In this document: in pieces, positions 1 through 10,604 of the stretch
Layout of the letters: each line of letters starts with the position of its first letter
How positions within the stretch are numbered: the stretch's first letter is position 1
Source of the DNA: a virus
Virus record (IMG/VR): IMGVR_UViG_3300022752_000027
Span: 59,736-123,735 of that record
Length of the DNA stretch: 64,000 nucleotides
Strand: one strand, 5' to 3'
Translations under genes and position numbers: made by a program
The notes under the pieces: generated by a model
What the model was told of the DNA's origin: nothing
Database searches by the model: none
The model's input: only the letters and a program-made list of their open reading frames with translations

Positions 1-689
1 TAGGTACTTATGCCTGTTTTCTTCTTGAGAAAATGTAGGAATAGTAACTTAGAAATTCTAGGTTCAGAAGCACTAAACATATCCAGTTCATACTCTTTTG
101 TTAATGCCTTACGTAAAGCTATCTGACTCTTACTGAGTTCATATATTTTAGCCGTAGACTTAACGTCATTAATACAATACTGAATAATAGTATCTAGCTG
201 TTCTTGTTTTGTTATAGACGTTGTATGATGAATCGGCATCTCTTGGATGTTATACCAATCCATGCTATACTGAATCCACTTCAAACTAGATTTCTTTGCA
301 GGATTATCCCAATGATTTAGCTTATAAAGATCAATAGTATTTATTACACTATTGTTCCAGTTAGATTTAAAGTCTTGTTCATTAATAACTCTTTGTGCCT
401 CCTCATATATTTCAGCTGCTATATCCTGTCCGTGCATGTTATCATAAATACCTACACCAAACCGACTCATTATAAACGATGTAATATGATTGTCGAATCC
501 TATACCATTAAAACTGATATGGAATTCATCATCAATTACATTATCTACAAGAAATAAATATAGCTTCTGTACATCATTACGAAGCTTTGATATTACAAAT
601 ACTCTTAAATCTTCAGGATCTTTATAATGTTGTGCACAAAGAACTGTACAATCTACTAATGTCTCATAGTCTATGATCCAATGATTCAT
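1..689 (-). CDS. DNA polymerase, N-terminal 3'-5' exonuclease domain (probably family B, crAss type); truncated at window edge
   Basis: Not in the ORF track. Manual translation from ATG at 689 gives MNHWIIDYETLVDC...HISFNGIGFDNH...IDLYKLNHWDNPAKKSSLKWIQ...YCINDVKST, containing ExoI (DxE), ExoII (FN...FD) and ExoIII (YxxxD) motifs. Confidence 0.8.
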   Translation of the reverse strand, partial: MNHWIIDYETLVDCTVLCAQHYKDPEDLRVFVISKLRNDVQKLYLFLVDNVIDDEFHISFNGIGFDNHITSFIMSRFGVGIYDNMHGQDIAAEIYEEAQRVINEQDFKSNWNNSVINTIDLYKLNHWDNPAKKSSLKWIQYSMDWYNIQEMPIHHTTSITKQEQLDTIIQYCINDVKSTAKIYELSKSQIALRKALTKEYELDMFSASEPRISKLLFLHFLKKKTGIST

Positions 690-695
690 TAGTCA

Positions 696-1067
696 TTATT
701 CTGTTACCTCTGTTTCAAAATACTTTTGGAAGTCGTAGGTATCTGAATTAAAAGCAAAATGTTTTACGAATGCTTCAATGTCAGTTCTTTCTTCTAGATA
801 ATACTCCTGATATGTTTCAAGAGTTCTTCTCTCTTCTTTAACCATTTTGTCTGCAGACTTTGGATTCTTTCTAGGCTCTGGGTCACCATTAGGATCTAGC
901 TTTGCAATCAAATGGAATTGATCTTTCTTGTTCTTACCGATAACAGCTAAGACTTTAAGCTGTGAATCAAAGATACATTCTACAAATGGACAGTCTTCCG
1001 TTGCAGGAATCATTTTAAACGTCTTGTTGTTCTTCCAACTAGACGTAAATAACATCATATTATTCAT
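696..1067 (-). CDS. conserved phage hypothetical protein
   Basis: 123 aa ORF tightly packed in the replication operon. Confidence 0.6.
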   Translation of the reverse strand: MNNMMLFTSSWKNNKTFKMIPATEDCPFVECIFDSQLKVLAVIGKNKKDQFHLIAKLDPNGDPEPRKNPKSADKMVKEERRTLETYQEYYLEERTDIEAFVKHFAFNSDTYDFQKYFETEVTE

Positions 1068-1077
1068 GTTGGTTTTT

Positions 1078-1638
1078 TTAAAGATGCTGGAACAAAGATA
1101 TAGATTTAATCTCTGCCTTCAAATTTTCTTTCTCTAAATCTGGCTTTGAACATAACTCCCCAACCTCACGTAAGATTTTCTCACTGACATTCAACAGGTT
1201 AGCATATTGCTCATAGTAAATTTCGGGATTCAGATAACTATTTATTTGGTGATAATTAGACTTGTTTGCCATAAAAAACTTTAGGATTTTATTCTTGGTA
1301 TCAGTACTCATTTTAGAATACTTGCCATCAAGAAAATATCCCCAGTCTATAGCATATTCCGTCATATCAAAAACATAAACACCTTCGTCATCTTCAGTTT
1401 CATAATAAGAGTGAAACAATTTATTACTTGTAAGTTTTGTTTTCTCAAATCTTCTGAAGACATCATCGTCCCTTAGATGATATACACACACAAACTTCAT
1501 ATCTTCAGGAACATATTGACCGGTCCAACTGATATAACTTTCAATTGGAACAGCCTCAGAACCTTTTCTAATATCCAGAAGCGGATATATAAACAATCTA
1601 GACTTTTGGATATATTCAGTATACAGTTTATTAATCAT
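1078..1638 (-). CDS. phage hypothetical protein
   Basis: 186 aa ORF with operon packing. Confidence 0.6.
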   Translation of the reverse strand: MINKLYTEYIQKSRLFIYPLLDIRKGSEAVPIESYISWTGQYVPEDMKFVCVYHLRDDDVFRRFEKTKLTSNKLFHSYYETEDDEGVYVFDMTEYAIDWGYFLDGKYSKMSTDTKNKILKFFMANKSNYHQINSYLNPEIYYEQYANLLNVSEKILREVGELCSKPDLEKENLKAEIKSISLFQHL

Positions 1639-1640
1639 GT

Positions 1641-2600
1641 TTATAGGGTGATTTTACCTGTTGCAAACTCATAAGGTAAAGCGTAGTATCGGTTATCATA
1701 ATGATATCTAGCTACTTCAAGTTTGTTTCTAAGTTTTTCTCTCCATAATAACATAGTATTTTTTTCAACATCAAACACATATACCTGCTGATATTTGTCA
1801 ATTACTAAAAAACTAAAGCTGATATCTGATGGATCAATCTGCTTTGTGCAAGATACAAGCTCAATATACATTGCTGCTTGCATCCAGTAGTTATAGTACT
1901 CAACTGTATCTGCAAAATCACTAATAGTCTTACTAGTAGTTTTAAGGTCGCAAACTGTAATCTTAGAATCCTTTGTTATAATTCTATCTACAATACCTTT
2001 AATACCAAAAGGGTAATCACTAATGGTACAGTTTAACATTACCTCGCTTTCTACATAGTCACCAGATAAAGTATCCATAGCCATCTGGTTACTTCTAATA
2101 ACCTCTACTGAATTCTTTGCTCTAGTGTACATATCCTCATCAATAACATCCTTACCAGATCTATTTTTCAGGAACTCAAAATAACTTATGGCGTCATCCG
2201 TCAGGATTTTTTCTAGTCTCTGCTCATCCGTTTTAAGTCTCTGATGAAAATTAACATCTTTAAGGATGTCAAGTATTTCGCTCTGAAAACTTGACATTGA
2301 TTCATCTGTACGTCTCTGTTCTATAGCAGTTCTAAATACACGATCTATTACCTGTTTGGTTGGACCTGTAGGTACAGACCCAGAAGCAAGAACAAATTGC
2401 TTATCAAATGATTCTGCATCAAGCAGAAGGCAGTGCAATAGCCTGCCCTCTACAAGATGCGTATCTGTTCTATCCTCCTGTTGGTTTAGAATGTAATGCT
2501 TATAGAATATAGACGGTGAATACAATAACTTATTTAATCCAGAGTAACTGAAATAAAACTTGTTTTCGTAAAATCTATCTTCTGCTTGGGGATCAAACAT
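1641..2600 (-). CDS. PD-(D/E)XK exonuclease (RecB/Exo VIII-like)
   Basis: FSYSGL and GRLLHC N-terminal motifs; KGIVDRI...VCDLKT; YWMQAAMY. Confidence 0.85.
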   Translation of the reverse strand: MFDPQAEDRFYENKFYFSYSGLNKLLYSPSIFYKHYILNQQEDRTDTHLVEGRLLHCLLLDAESFDKQFVLASGSVPTGPTKQVIDRVFRTAIEQRRTDESMSSFQSEILDILKDVNFHQRLKTDEQRLEKILTDDAISYFEFLKNRSGKDVIDEDMYTRAKNSVEVIRSNQMAMDTLSGDYVESEVMLNCTISDYPFGIKGIVDRIITKDSKITVCDLKTTSKTISDFADTVEYYNYWMQAAMYIELVSCTKQIDPSDISFSFLVIDKYQQVYVFDVEKNTMLLWREKLRNKLEVARYHYDNRYYALPYEFATGKITL

Positions 2601-3681
2601 CTACTTCCTCTGTTTTGGTTGTTTGCATATATTCTTCGTACGGCATTGGTACAATACTTACTCTAAGAAGATTATTCTCCTGTATCTCGCGCATTATACC
2701 ATAGTCACTAACCTTATTAATTATTTTCTCTACCAGTGCACCGTAGATTTCCTCAGTAAGGCAGCTGTTTTCTTTGAATAAAGCCAACGCTTCTATATTA
2801 TCTGCATGCTGTAGCTTTGCAACTGCTGCCATAAAAGTCTTATGCGCCTTGGTATTACGATGTTTATAATAAGCAATGGCATAATTTACTTCTTTAAGCA
2901 GCTTCCAGATATAATAAGACGATGGACTTATGTTACAGTTATATAACATGTTCATTGCTACAGACTTATCTTCATCACTACCACGGAGCATCATTAGTAA
3001 TGTATCATAGATATCTTGATCTATAGTAACCTTATCTATTCCCTTGAATAAACTATTGACACTAACAACAGGTAGTTTTTTAGACAGCATTGTATACAGA
3101 ATGAAGGCACCATCATCGGTGATATATTTTCTTCTACGTTCATTAGCATACATTGTCCAGTCTTCATACCTACTGTTAAGTTCTTTGGTATACATTACAC
3201 AAGTTTGCTGGTTAAGATAATCAGGACTAACCCCTGCTCTAGAAGACATGAAATTTATAAATTCATTCTTAAGACCAACACCACAATCCTCAAATTCTAG
3301 GACATTAGTATGCCCATCTATTAATAGTGCCCTAGAATCTACAGCATGATCATACATTGAAGCATAATCTGCTATATGATCATTGCCAATAATGAAATTT
3401 GCATTACTAATATCATTAGTAATCTTAAGCTCATACCTTTTGCAAATCTCTTTAATGTCATCTTTCTTAAGATTATTCTTTGGCAAGATAAATCCTTTGG
3501 CACCTTTAGGTATACTGGTTATATCTGTATACGTAGTAAAGACTTTATGTATCTTACTATAATTATCATCATTAAGAAAATGAACATTATAGTGCATACC
3601 AGGTCTGAGCATTAGCCCAGACCTTTCAATAAACTTTAATCTACTTAATTGTTCCTCTGTTAATTTTATGCTTCTCTGCAT
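2593..3681 (-). CDS. hypothetical protein flanking the MoxR/vWA pair; possible BRCT-like segment
   Basis: 362 aa; shares a MxxSDxD-like helical segment with 6036..6470. Confidence 0.55.
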   Translation of the reverse strand: MQRSIKLTEEQLSRLKFIERSGLMLRPGMHYNVHFLNDDNYSKIHKVFTTYTDITSIPKGAKGFILPKNNLKKDDIKEICKRYELKITNDISNANFIIGNDHIADYASMYDHAVDSRALLIDGHTNVLEFEDCGVGLKNEFINFMSSRAGVSPDYLNQQTCVMYTKELNSRYEDWTMYANERRRKYITDDGAFILYTMLSKKLPVVSVNSLFKGIDKVTIDQDIYDTLLMMLRGSDEDKSVAMNMLYNCNISPSSYYIWKLLKEVNYAIAYYKHRNTKAHKTFMAAVAKLQHADNIEALALFKENSCLTEEIYGALVEKIINKVSDYGIMREIQENNLLRVSIVPMPYEEYMQTTKTEEVDV

Positions 3682-3687
3682 ACATTA

Positions 3688-4857
3688 TTATTTTACGGCC
3701 ATTTTAACGATTTCAGGATCAATCATAAGCTTAGTAAACTTGGCTTTATTACCATTGATTACATTCTTAATGATGTGATATTTAATGTCATTAGTAAATA
3801 CATCGGCAGTTACTATATTCTTTACGCGCTCTAGGATCTTATCTGTTACTGTCTCTGTATTACTATAGTTAACAGTATAATTAATAAGACGAGTAGCTAG
3901 AACACTTGCAATGTCAGCACGATAATTAGAACCTGTTCCAATTGTTTCATACATCTCAGACTTGATGTTATCCCAGTTCTGATTCAGGAGAATCTGATTA
4001 GGAGAAATCATCTTGTCAAGCTTGTTATTGATAAACATTGTAAACATTGTACCGAATGTCTCACCTACAGAACCTTCTGCAATAAATTGAATCATTGGAA
4101 GATTGTTCTCGAAAGAATCAAAGCTACTAATAGAGTTAAAGAATGTAGTAATACTACGAGCATTTGTTTCTTTAGTAACTAGCTCTGGATGCAACAATAG
4201 GAAGTTGATACAACGAGTATCTAGCTTTGCAGATTCTGCCCATTTTGCCCAGCAATCTATATCAAACTTAAGATTGGCTGTAATAAAACGAGTCTTCTGT
4301 GCAACGTCAATAGATGTTACATTGTAATCACCATTGTCAGGATTTGTAGTCAAGATGATGTGCCAATCTTTAGGAAGCTTCCATGAGATATATTCTTGAC
4401 GGTCAATCAAATCCATACAAGCCTGTAGGAATCTTGAATCAGCACGAGTATAGTCATCTAAGATAAGAATACCACCTTCTCCTTTACCTTGAATCCATTC
4501 AGGAGCAGCATGGGTCATTCTCTTCTCACCTGTTGGTACATACTTGTTCTGGATATACAGAGGCAGAGTATTCTCAGGAACCCATTTAGTTACATCATCT
4601 TTCTTAATCTCAAATTCCTTCATAGGAAAACCGGTCAAGTCACCAATCTCCTCGATCTGAGCAAGATTTAACTTTACTACATGTAGTCCTAAATCTTTAC
4701 CTATCTCCAAAATTGTACTTGTCTTACCGATACCTGCCTCACCCTCAACAGCAACAGCTACTGGAATCTTTCCATTCTGTTGAAGATATCTATTGTTAGA
4801 TACAATATGATTGATGAAGTCTTTAAGTTCTGAAGTATTTAAATTTACTTGTGCCAT
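3688..4857 (-). CDS. MoxR-like AAA+ ATPase
   Basis: Walker A GEAGIGKT, Walker B ILILDD, sensor TTNP; adjacent to a vWA protein. Confidence 0.85.
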   Translation of the reverse strand: MAQVNLNTSELKDFINHIVSNNRYLQQNGKIPVAVAVEGEAGIGKTSTILEIGKDLGLHVVKLNLAQIEEIGDLTGFPMKEFEIKKDDVTKWVPENTLPLYIQNKYVPTGEKRMTHAAPEWIQGKGEGGILILDDYTRADSRFLQACMDLIDRQEYISWKLPKDWHIILTTNPDNGDYNVTSIDVAQKTRFITANLKFDIDCWAKWAESAKLDTRCINFLLLHPELVTKETNARSITTFFNSISSFDSFENNLPMIQFIAEGSVGETFGTMFTMFINNKLDKMISPNQILLNQNWDNIKSEMYETIGTGSNYRADIASVLATRLINYTVNYSNTETVTDKILERVKNIVTADVFTNDIKYHIIKNVINGNKAKFTKLMIDPEIVKMAVK

Positions 4858-4858
4858 G

Positions 4859-6061
4859 TTAGTTTAATTTAATTTGTGGTCCTTTTAATGATTTGTTTAT
4901 GCTGCCACGGGTAGATATTACCCAAAGCATTTTACCTTTTACATTTATATCTGTATCACATTCGCCATCAGTAAGATAGAGAAGACACGTATACTTTCCA
5001 GTATTTGCATTATAATATTCTAATACAGGATCAAAACTAGTTCCACCTCTTCCGTGAACTACTAATTCTTGACCGCTTTTATATTCTCCAATATAACTTA
5101 TAGCTGTATCACATTGTATGACTGTGATATCACTACCCGTTCTATTAATGTGATCTATCTCATGAAAGAATTCTTTTAACTCTTTATCAGAAACAGATCC
5201 GCTTGTATCAATTGCCACGAGAACATGTCGGCGTTGCTTAATCTTCAGACCTGGATTCTCCTCAAATCTTTTATTAAACTTACGTCTAAGCTTTTTGGTA
5301 TATACCTTTTGAGAACCTCCGGTAAATCTTCTAAGATAACCCTTCCAATCAAACTTTGGTGGTTCCTTTACATTTAATTTCTCTAGAATATTCTTTAGTT
5401 CTCCTGGTATATTACCCCTTGACTTTTCTACTTGATCTTTAATCTCAGACAGAATATGCTCTGTTTGCTTTTCAATCAGTTTCTTTTCTGCATCACTGAG
5501 GTTTTCAAATTCACCCCATGATTCATGATCAGGTATCATGTCTCCCATTTGTGTATGGGATTGACCAGAACCCTGACCATCTAGCATCTCTTTAATTCTC
5601 TTACTAGCAGAACTATCAGGATTATTATCAAGTTCATCCTTAATCAGATCATAGTAGGTACGCCAACCTACTTTTTCTGGAAGATCCATTCCAACAAACG
5701 GTTCTGTATAAATAGTGCAGCCACCAAGAGGTAGATTATTTATATCAATATATTGATTAATCTCTAGGTCCATTGCAATATTAGCCAGCCTTGCCTCATA
5801 CCCAGGATGTTCAGAACAGATATGAAAGAATGCAATATGTAGCAACTCATGCTTTAATAACCCGAGCTTATGGGGATCAGATAGTGACCCCCAAAACTCT
5901 GGATTAATTATAAGCTGATAGTTAATATTGTTCTTAGCAACACCTGCTGTGGGTACCTTATCAGACCATACTTTATTTAGACTAATCAAAAACAAACCAT
6001 AGAATGGTTCTTTAAGCATTAGTTCTTTACTGGTTCTAGCCAGTGAATCTTGATGATTCAT
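4859..6061 (-). CDS. vWA-domain protein with N-terminal metallopeptidase-like domain (DUF2201-like)
   Basis: HELLH zinc motif; MIDAS DTSGS; GRGGTSF; YLTDG. Confidence 0.85.
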   Translation of the reverse strand: MNHQDSLARTSKELMLKEPFYGLFLISLNKVWSDKVPTAGVAKNNINYQLIINPEFWGSLSDPHKLGLLKHELLHIAFFHICSEHPGYEARLANIAMDLEINQYIDINNLPLGGCTIYTEPFVGMDLPEKVGWRTYYDLIKDELDNNPDSSASKRIKEMLDGQGSGQSHTQMGDMIPDHESWGEFENLSDAEKKLIEKQTEHILSEIKDQVEKSRGNIPGELKNILEKLNVKEPPKFDWKGYLRRFTGGSQKVYTKKLRRKFNKRFEENPGLKIKQRRHVLVAIDTSGSVSDKELKEFFHEIDHINRTGSDITVIQCDTAISYIGEYKSGQELVVHGRGGTSFDPVLEYYNANTGKYTCLLYLTDGECDTDINVKGKMLWVISTRGSINKSLKGPQIKLN

Positions 6062-6470
6062 TCTTAATAGGTATTAGTTTTAAATTAAAATCACTTAGGA
6101 AACTGAATCCCCATTCCATCATGTTTCTTTTTATGGAAACCGAAAACTTATCTAAGAAATATTCCATAGCTTCATCCGAAACATTATGGTAAGTTATCTC
6201 ATTATAGAGTGCATTATATGAAACCATGGTACCAAAATCTATATGTCTACAGATTAAAGCTAACTGGTTAACTATAGTCTCCATAAATACAGTTTGTCTA
6301 CATTCTGTATTTGCTTCTTTATACATAATCAATAGATACGGCAAGTTTTGTACTACATCTATATGCCGTATTGTTTCTGTAGCAATAGTAAGGTTATCTC
6401 TATCGCTACTCTGCATCATTTTAAGAATGTTATCACAAATTTCAGGTGTTAACTTTAATTCATTAGTCAT
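6036..6470 (-). CDS. hypothetical protein, partial paralogue of 2593..3681
   Basis: 144 aa, overlaps both neighbours. Confidence 0.55.
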   Translation of the reverse strand: MTNELKLTPEICDNILKMMQSSDRDNLTIATETIRHIDVVQNLPYLLIMYKEANTECRQTVFMETIVNQLALICRHIDFGTMVSYNALYNEITYHNVSDEAMEYFLDKFSVSIKRNMMEWGFSFLSDFNLKLIPIKNESSRFTG

Positions 6471-6804
6471 TGATATTCAATGTTTTAAGCATCCACGGTT
6501 GTGGATTATTCATAAATAATATCCATTCTCTTGCACTTGGTATGTAACCATTGCAGTCTTCTTTTACATGTTGTTCTCCAACATAACGGGTGTAAACTTT
6601 CTTACCATCAGAATTGATGAAGGAAGCACCAAAGATTCTTTCACATTCAAATATTCCCTCACTGTGATGACGGAATAGACGATGCATACTATGACCATAC
6701 CAGGCCTTAGTTTCATCAAACCAATCATGAATGTCTGTGTAATCTTCTAGTTTACCACCCCATTTTTTGACAGAACTTTTTGCATGTTCATGGGGATGTG
6801 CCAT
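6463..6804 (-). CDS. conserved His-rich phage protein (DUF6915-like)
   Basis: MAHPHEHAKSSVKKWGG...HDWFDETK...RHHSEGIFECE...EQHVKED; family assignment from memory. Confidence 0.7.
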   Translation of the reverse strand: MAHPHEHAKSSVKKWGGKLEDYTDIHDWFDETKAWYGHSMHRLFRHHSEGIFECERIFGASFINSDGKKVYTRYVGEQHVKEDCNGYIPSAREWILFMNNPQPWMLKTLNIND

Positions 6805-6807
6805 AAT

Positions 6808-7170
6808 CTAAATATCAATTTCTCCAACGATAGATGTTAACTCTCCAGATTCACTGTTAGGTTCTTCTACAAACTGGACACCTTCAATGTCCCATTCTTT
6901 TTCTTTAAAATTCATATGTAATGTACCCCTACCACCCTCATTATTATACCAATCATAACTATAGTGGTTAAGAATTATACGTTCTCCAATTCTCTGTATA
7001 ATATCTATAATACGTTCGTCATCTACATCAATCTCATATTTTTCCTCGTCATAATATCTCCATTCATCTATGTCACCACTATCTCCACCACCAGAAAAAT
7101 CTACTTCTACTTTATAAATACCTGCTTCTTTTACAGCCATCATAGCTGATACAATCTGTGCGTCCGTCAT
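6808..7170 (-). CDS. acidic protein (DUF6878-like)
   Basis: FSGGGDSG and WYNNEGGRG motifs; family assignment from memory. Confidence 0.6.
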   Translation of the reverse strand: MTDAQIVSAMMAVKEAGIYKVEVDFSGGGDSGDIDEWRYYDEEKYEIDVDDERIIDIIQRIGERIILNHYSYDWYNNEGGRGTLHMNFKEKEWDIEGVQFVEEPNSESGELTSIVGEIDI

Positions 7171-7589
7171 TTGTTTTGCTTATAAAATTTACCAAGAATA
7201 TTTCCGTTAAGCCACCTGTCTGATTCTAAAACTTCAAATTTGAATTGATACTTTGTCTCATTATAAGACAGTTCAGATTTAGAATAACAGATTTTAAGGA
7301 TGGATCTCTTGATAATTATACCATCCTTATGTGCTTGCTTTAAGACATCATTACTACTGTAGTAGTTCTGATATGTAGATTTACGTACACGTTTGTACGT
7401 CTTCTTACGCTTATCCGTAGGCAGTGCCTTCTTACTAAGCTTGGTTTTTACATCTGCAAAAAAGTTTTTCTTACCTATGTAGGCAACAGCTTTGTTATTT
7501 ATTGTTGCTTCCATAATGTATATAAAACCGATTGCACCTTCAGGAATCATGTCTTCTGTAAACATGACTCCATTATATATCCAACTCAT
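7167..7589 (-). CDS. GIY-YIG family nuclease-like protein
   Basis: GFIY...YIGKK, YYSS, conserved E and terminal N(G)NI. Confidence 0.7.
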   Translation of the reverse strand: MSWIYNGVMFTEDMIPEGAIGFIYIMEATINNKAVAYIGKKNFFADVKTKLSKKALPTDKRKKTYKRVRKSTYQNYYSSNDVLKQAHKDGIIIKRSILKICYSKSELSYNETKYQFKFEVLESDRWLNGNILGKFYKQNK

Positions 7590-8554
7590 TTGAGTAAACT
7601 ATTTTTAAGGATTGGTCTAAGAATTCTATCTACTGTATCAATACCATGAACTTTAATAGAATCAGATAAATCCTTTTCTAGATTTAAATGTATACCTGGT
7701 ATCTGATACAATGCATTATACTTTGCCATTGCCTCTATACCAACCTTATCATTATCAAGTAAAGTACAAATAGATTTATACTTTATTTTATATAGATCAA
7801 TTACCTCTTTACGAATTATACTATTCTCACTGTCCGGCGCAATAACCTCTACAGGATATCCCATAGAGTCTATAGACATTGCATCCTTAAGAGAACTACA
7901 TATTATCAAATACGGTTTTGTAAACTGCAGCTGATCAGTACCTTGCAGATAGTCTCTGACTTTTATGAATTTATAATCCAAACTCTTGGGTCGGTATATC
8001 TTACATATCTGATTATTTGAGTTATAATAACCATACATATAATTACCCTTTACATCAAACCCGGGCTTATCAATACAAGTAAATGCATAGTATTCAATAG
8101 GCTTTACATTAAATTTCTCAAGTGTCTCAGAACCTATGTTATACTGCAGCCAATATGCGGCGTCAAGATTATTCCAAGACCTTGTTACGACAGTAGATAA
8201 TTCATATTTGTTTTCTTCAACAATAGGACTTATGTAATAGCCATTCTTATTTTTTTCCAGGAATACTGCATAGTCTTTCATTATCATCTGAACTGTCTCA
8301 GGATATTCTAGCTTATATAAATCTGAAACAAGATTTACATCACTGCCACCATAGCCAGTAGAAAAGTCTTTCCATTTATACTTACCGTCTTTATAATAGA
8401 TATAAAAACTTGGGTTAGTATCCTTATGATTAAACAAGGATTTCATCTTAATACTTTGACCTGTAAGTTTTTCAGTTAGCTTACAGTAATACTCATATAT
8501 CCATGTAGATGGAACTTCATCTATTGAAACTACTATAGATTTTGTACTAAGCAT
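7586..8554 (-). CDS. DNA primase (TOPRIM)
   Basis: DTNPSF...WKDFSTG N-terminal domain; SSLKDAM; LLDNDKVG (DxD); KDLSD. Confidence 0.85.
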   Translation of the reverse strand: MLSTKSIVVSIDEVPSTWIYEYYCKLTEKLTGQSIKMKSLFNHKDTNPSFYIYYKDGKYKWKDFSTGYGGSDVNLVSDLYKLEYPETVQMIMKDYAVFLEKNKNGYYISPIVEENKYELSTVVTRSWNNLDAAYWLQYNIGSETLEKFNVKPIEYYAFTCIDKPGFDVKGNYMYGYYNSNNQICKIYRPKSLDYKFIKVRDYLQGTDQLQFTKPYLIICSSLKDAMSIDSMGYPVEVIAPDSENSIIRKEVIDLYKIKYKSICTLLDNDKVGIEAMAKYNALYQIPGIHLNLEKDLSDSIKVHGIDTVDRILRPILKNSLLK

Positions 8555-8559
8555 GTTGT

Positions 8560-8595
8560 AAAAAATTAAAGGGGACAGATAATTCTGCCCCCTTT
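8560..8595 (-). terminator. intrinsic terminator after the SSB gene
   Basis: Minus strand GGGGCAGA-ATTA-TCTGTCCC followed by a T-rich tail. Confidence 0.7.
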
Positions 8596-8615
8596 GTTAA
8601 TCAACAATTTAATTA

Positions 8616-9305
8616 CTACAACTCAAAGTCATCAGCCAGAGACTTCTTTGTTGTATTTTCACCAAAAGTTTTAACCTCTACGGTTTTGCTTTTCTTAATG
8701 TGAACTTCAGTATTGAACTTTACTACCTTACTCTTTACTTCATCGATACTAGCACTTTCATATGCTATACCATCCTTAGACCATTTGGGAAAATAAAGAT
8801 CGTGATTAGTATAACCAGCCTTGTTCTGATATTCTTTGCCTGCAATACATACACGCAAAAACTTATTAGCAAAAGGTTTGTCTTGATTAAACTGATTAAC
8901 TAATGAATCAACTGTATCATGCTTCTCATCTTGAGATTCTAACCATGCAAGTGAACCAGTCTCTTTACATAGATTCTTAACTGCTTTTAGGATCTCCTCA
9001 TCTCTTACAATGACATTACCCTTTGGAGTTGTAGCATCTGCAAATGGATACTCGGTAAGCTTTACACGACCTACCTGACCTTCATGACGACCCAAACCTG
9101 GGTTATCTTTATCAATATAAAATCCTTCAAAGTCATCACCTAATGCAGGACCTTCAACATCTAGAATGATATTGAAAGCTTCCTTATTATAGGGTGTTGC
9201 TTCAAGTCGGATATTATAAATTTTTACATTTGCATTACCGGGAGATAATGTCTTTGCTACTGAGGACGATGATCCGTTTTCTTTAATGTTTTTTGTACTA
9301 ATCAT
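8616..9305 (-). CDS. putative single-stranded DNA-binding protein
   Basis: Between primase and AAA ATPase; acidic tail LADDFEL; likely start MISTK at 9305. Confidence 0.55.
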   Translation of the reverse strand: MISTKNIKENGSSSSVAKTLSPGNANVKIYNIRLEATPYNKEAFNIILDVEGPALGDDFEGFYIDKDNPGLGRHEGQVGRVKLTEYPFADATTPKGNVIVRDEEILKAVKNLCKETGSLAWLESQDEKHDTVDSLVNQFNQDKPFANKFLRVCIAGKEYQNKAGYTNHDLYFPKWSKDGIAYESASIDEVKSKVVKFNTEVHIKKSKTVEVKTFGENTTKKSLADDFEL

Positions 9306-9315
9306 GGTTTTAAAT

Positions 9316-10059
9316 TTAGTCGATGAAGATTTGAGACCAGTCAACTGTTACGCTACCGTCCTCATTAATTTTTGAAATTTCAAATTCTTTATTCTTTAAA
9401 TGAATAGGTCTAGCACCACAAGATACATCATCCTTGGTTTTAAAACTAAGAATGTTAGTATCTCCACGTCGGTACAAATAACCTATAGCATCAGAGTGCT
9501 GCATGATAATTCTTTTAAGTTTACCTGTTAGGTCTAAATCCATTGATGTGAATTCAGATCCGTTCTTTTCCAGCAGCACATCCTTTACGTGACCAGCAAG
9601 AATAACTCTTGGTGCCCATTTCTTAATATAAGCAATAATTGTAGAGAATGCTTCACGAAGCCAAGGATAACCGGCACCATTAGGTAGGTTAAGTATGTTG
9701 CCATACTTAGGCTTACCCTCTGAAAACCAGTTCTTTCCCATTGGAGATTGAGAATAAAGTTCCTCTGCAAATGGGACACAAATTTCTTCTAAAGCAGTAA
9801 TTGTATCTACAGCTACGTACTTATAGGGATAACCTGCATCCTTAATTGCTTTACCAATTGCTTTAATTTCATCTACATTAGATGCACCAATCTTTAAAGC
9901 CTCAACATACTTAGAACCAGATTCTAAATCTAGGATTAGGCAATCAGGTAGATCAGCAAATAACGTAGTCTTACCTACCTTAGGCTTGCTAAATATTACA
10001 AGATTCTCTGGACTTGACGTATCAGGCTTCTGTTTCTTTGTTGGCAATACAATTTCCAT
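9316..10059 (-). CDS. AAA_24 / Sak4-like ATPase (putative recombinase)
   Basis: Walker A SKPKVGKT, LDLESG, VAVDTIT, LAGH. Confidence 0.8.
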   Translation of the reverse strand: MEIVLPTKKQKPDTSSPENLVIFSKPKVGKTTLFADLPDCLILDLESGSKYVEALKIGASNVDEIKAIGKAIKDAGYPYKYVAVDTITALEEICVPFAEELYSQSPMGKNWFSEGKPKYGNILNLPNGAGYPWLREAFSTIIAYIKKWAPRVILAGHVKDVLLEKNGSEFTSMDLDLTGKLKRIIMQHSDAIGYLYRRGDTNILSFKTKDDVSCGARPIHLKNKEFEISKINEDGSVTVDWSQIFID

Positions 10060-10604
10060 TAGCTTTTAATTATTTGATTTAGCCACTTCTTTCTACTTAC
10101 AGGTTTCTGCAACATGATTGCTGCTAAATCTCTAAGAGTTATTCTATCCAGGGGACAGTCCTCATCTGGATCCATGATCTCATCAAATGTATCAAATGTG
10201 ATTATATCAGATTCAGTTGCTTCAATCTTTGTAGAAACTGTAACTGCTTCTAATTCACTAACCGGTACAAGATATCTACGATCACTGCTGTTTTCTAATT
10301 CAACAGAATCATATTCTTCTTCCCAATATTTATTGTATCTCCACTTATACAAGGTTCTTTCCTCTGTCTCAGGTTCAAATTCTTTATTTACAAACTCCGT
10401 GTAAATATCCTGTCCCTTCTTTAGCTGACTTGGAAATAAACTAACATGCAATTCATTCTTTGTATATGGCTTATATGCCATCGTAGGTACAAACAGTGGA
10501 TCATCTATACCGAGTGCCTCAAAAGTTTTTTGATGATACTCTACAAGATTTTGCATCCTAGCTTTTTTGTCAAGCAGGTTTTTCTTTTCTTGAGTCTTAA
10601 TCAT
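10059..10604 (-). CDS. phage hypothetical protein
   Basis: 181 aa, start/stop overlaps on both sides. Confidence 0.6.
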   Translation of the reverse strand: MIKTQEKKNLLDKKARMQNLVEYHQKTFEALGIDDPLFVPTMAYKPYTKNELHVSLFPSQLKKGQDIYTEFVNKEFEPETEERTLYKWRYNKYWEEEYDSVELENSSDRRYLVPVSELEAVTVSTKIEATESDIITFDTFDEIMDPDEDCPLDRITLRDLAAIMLQKPVSRKKWLNQIIKS

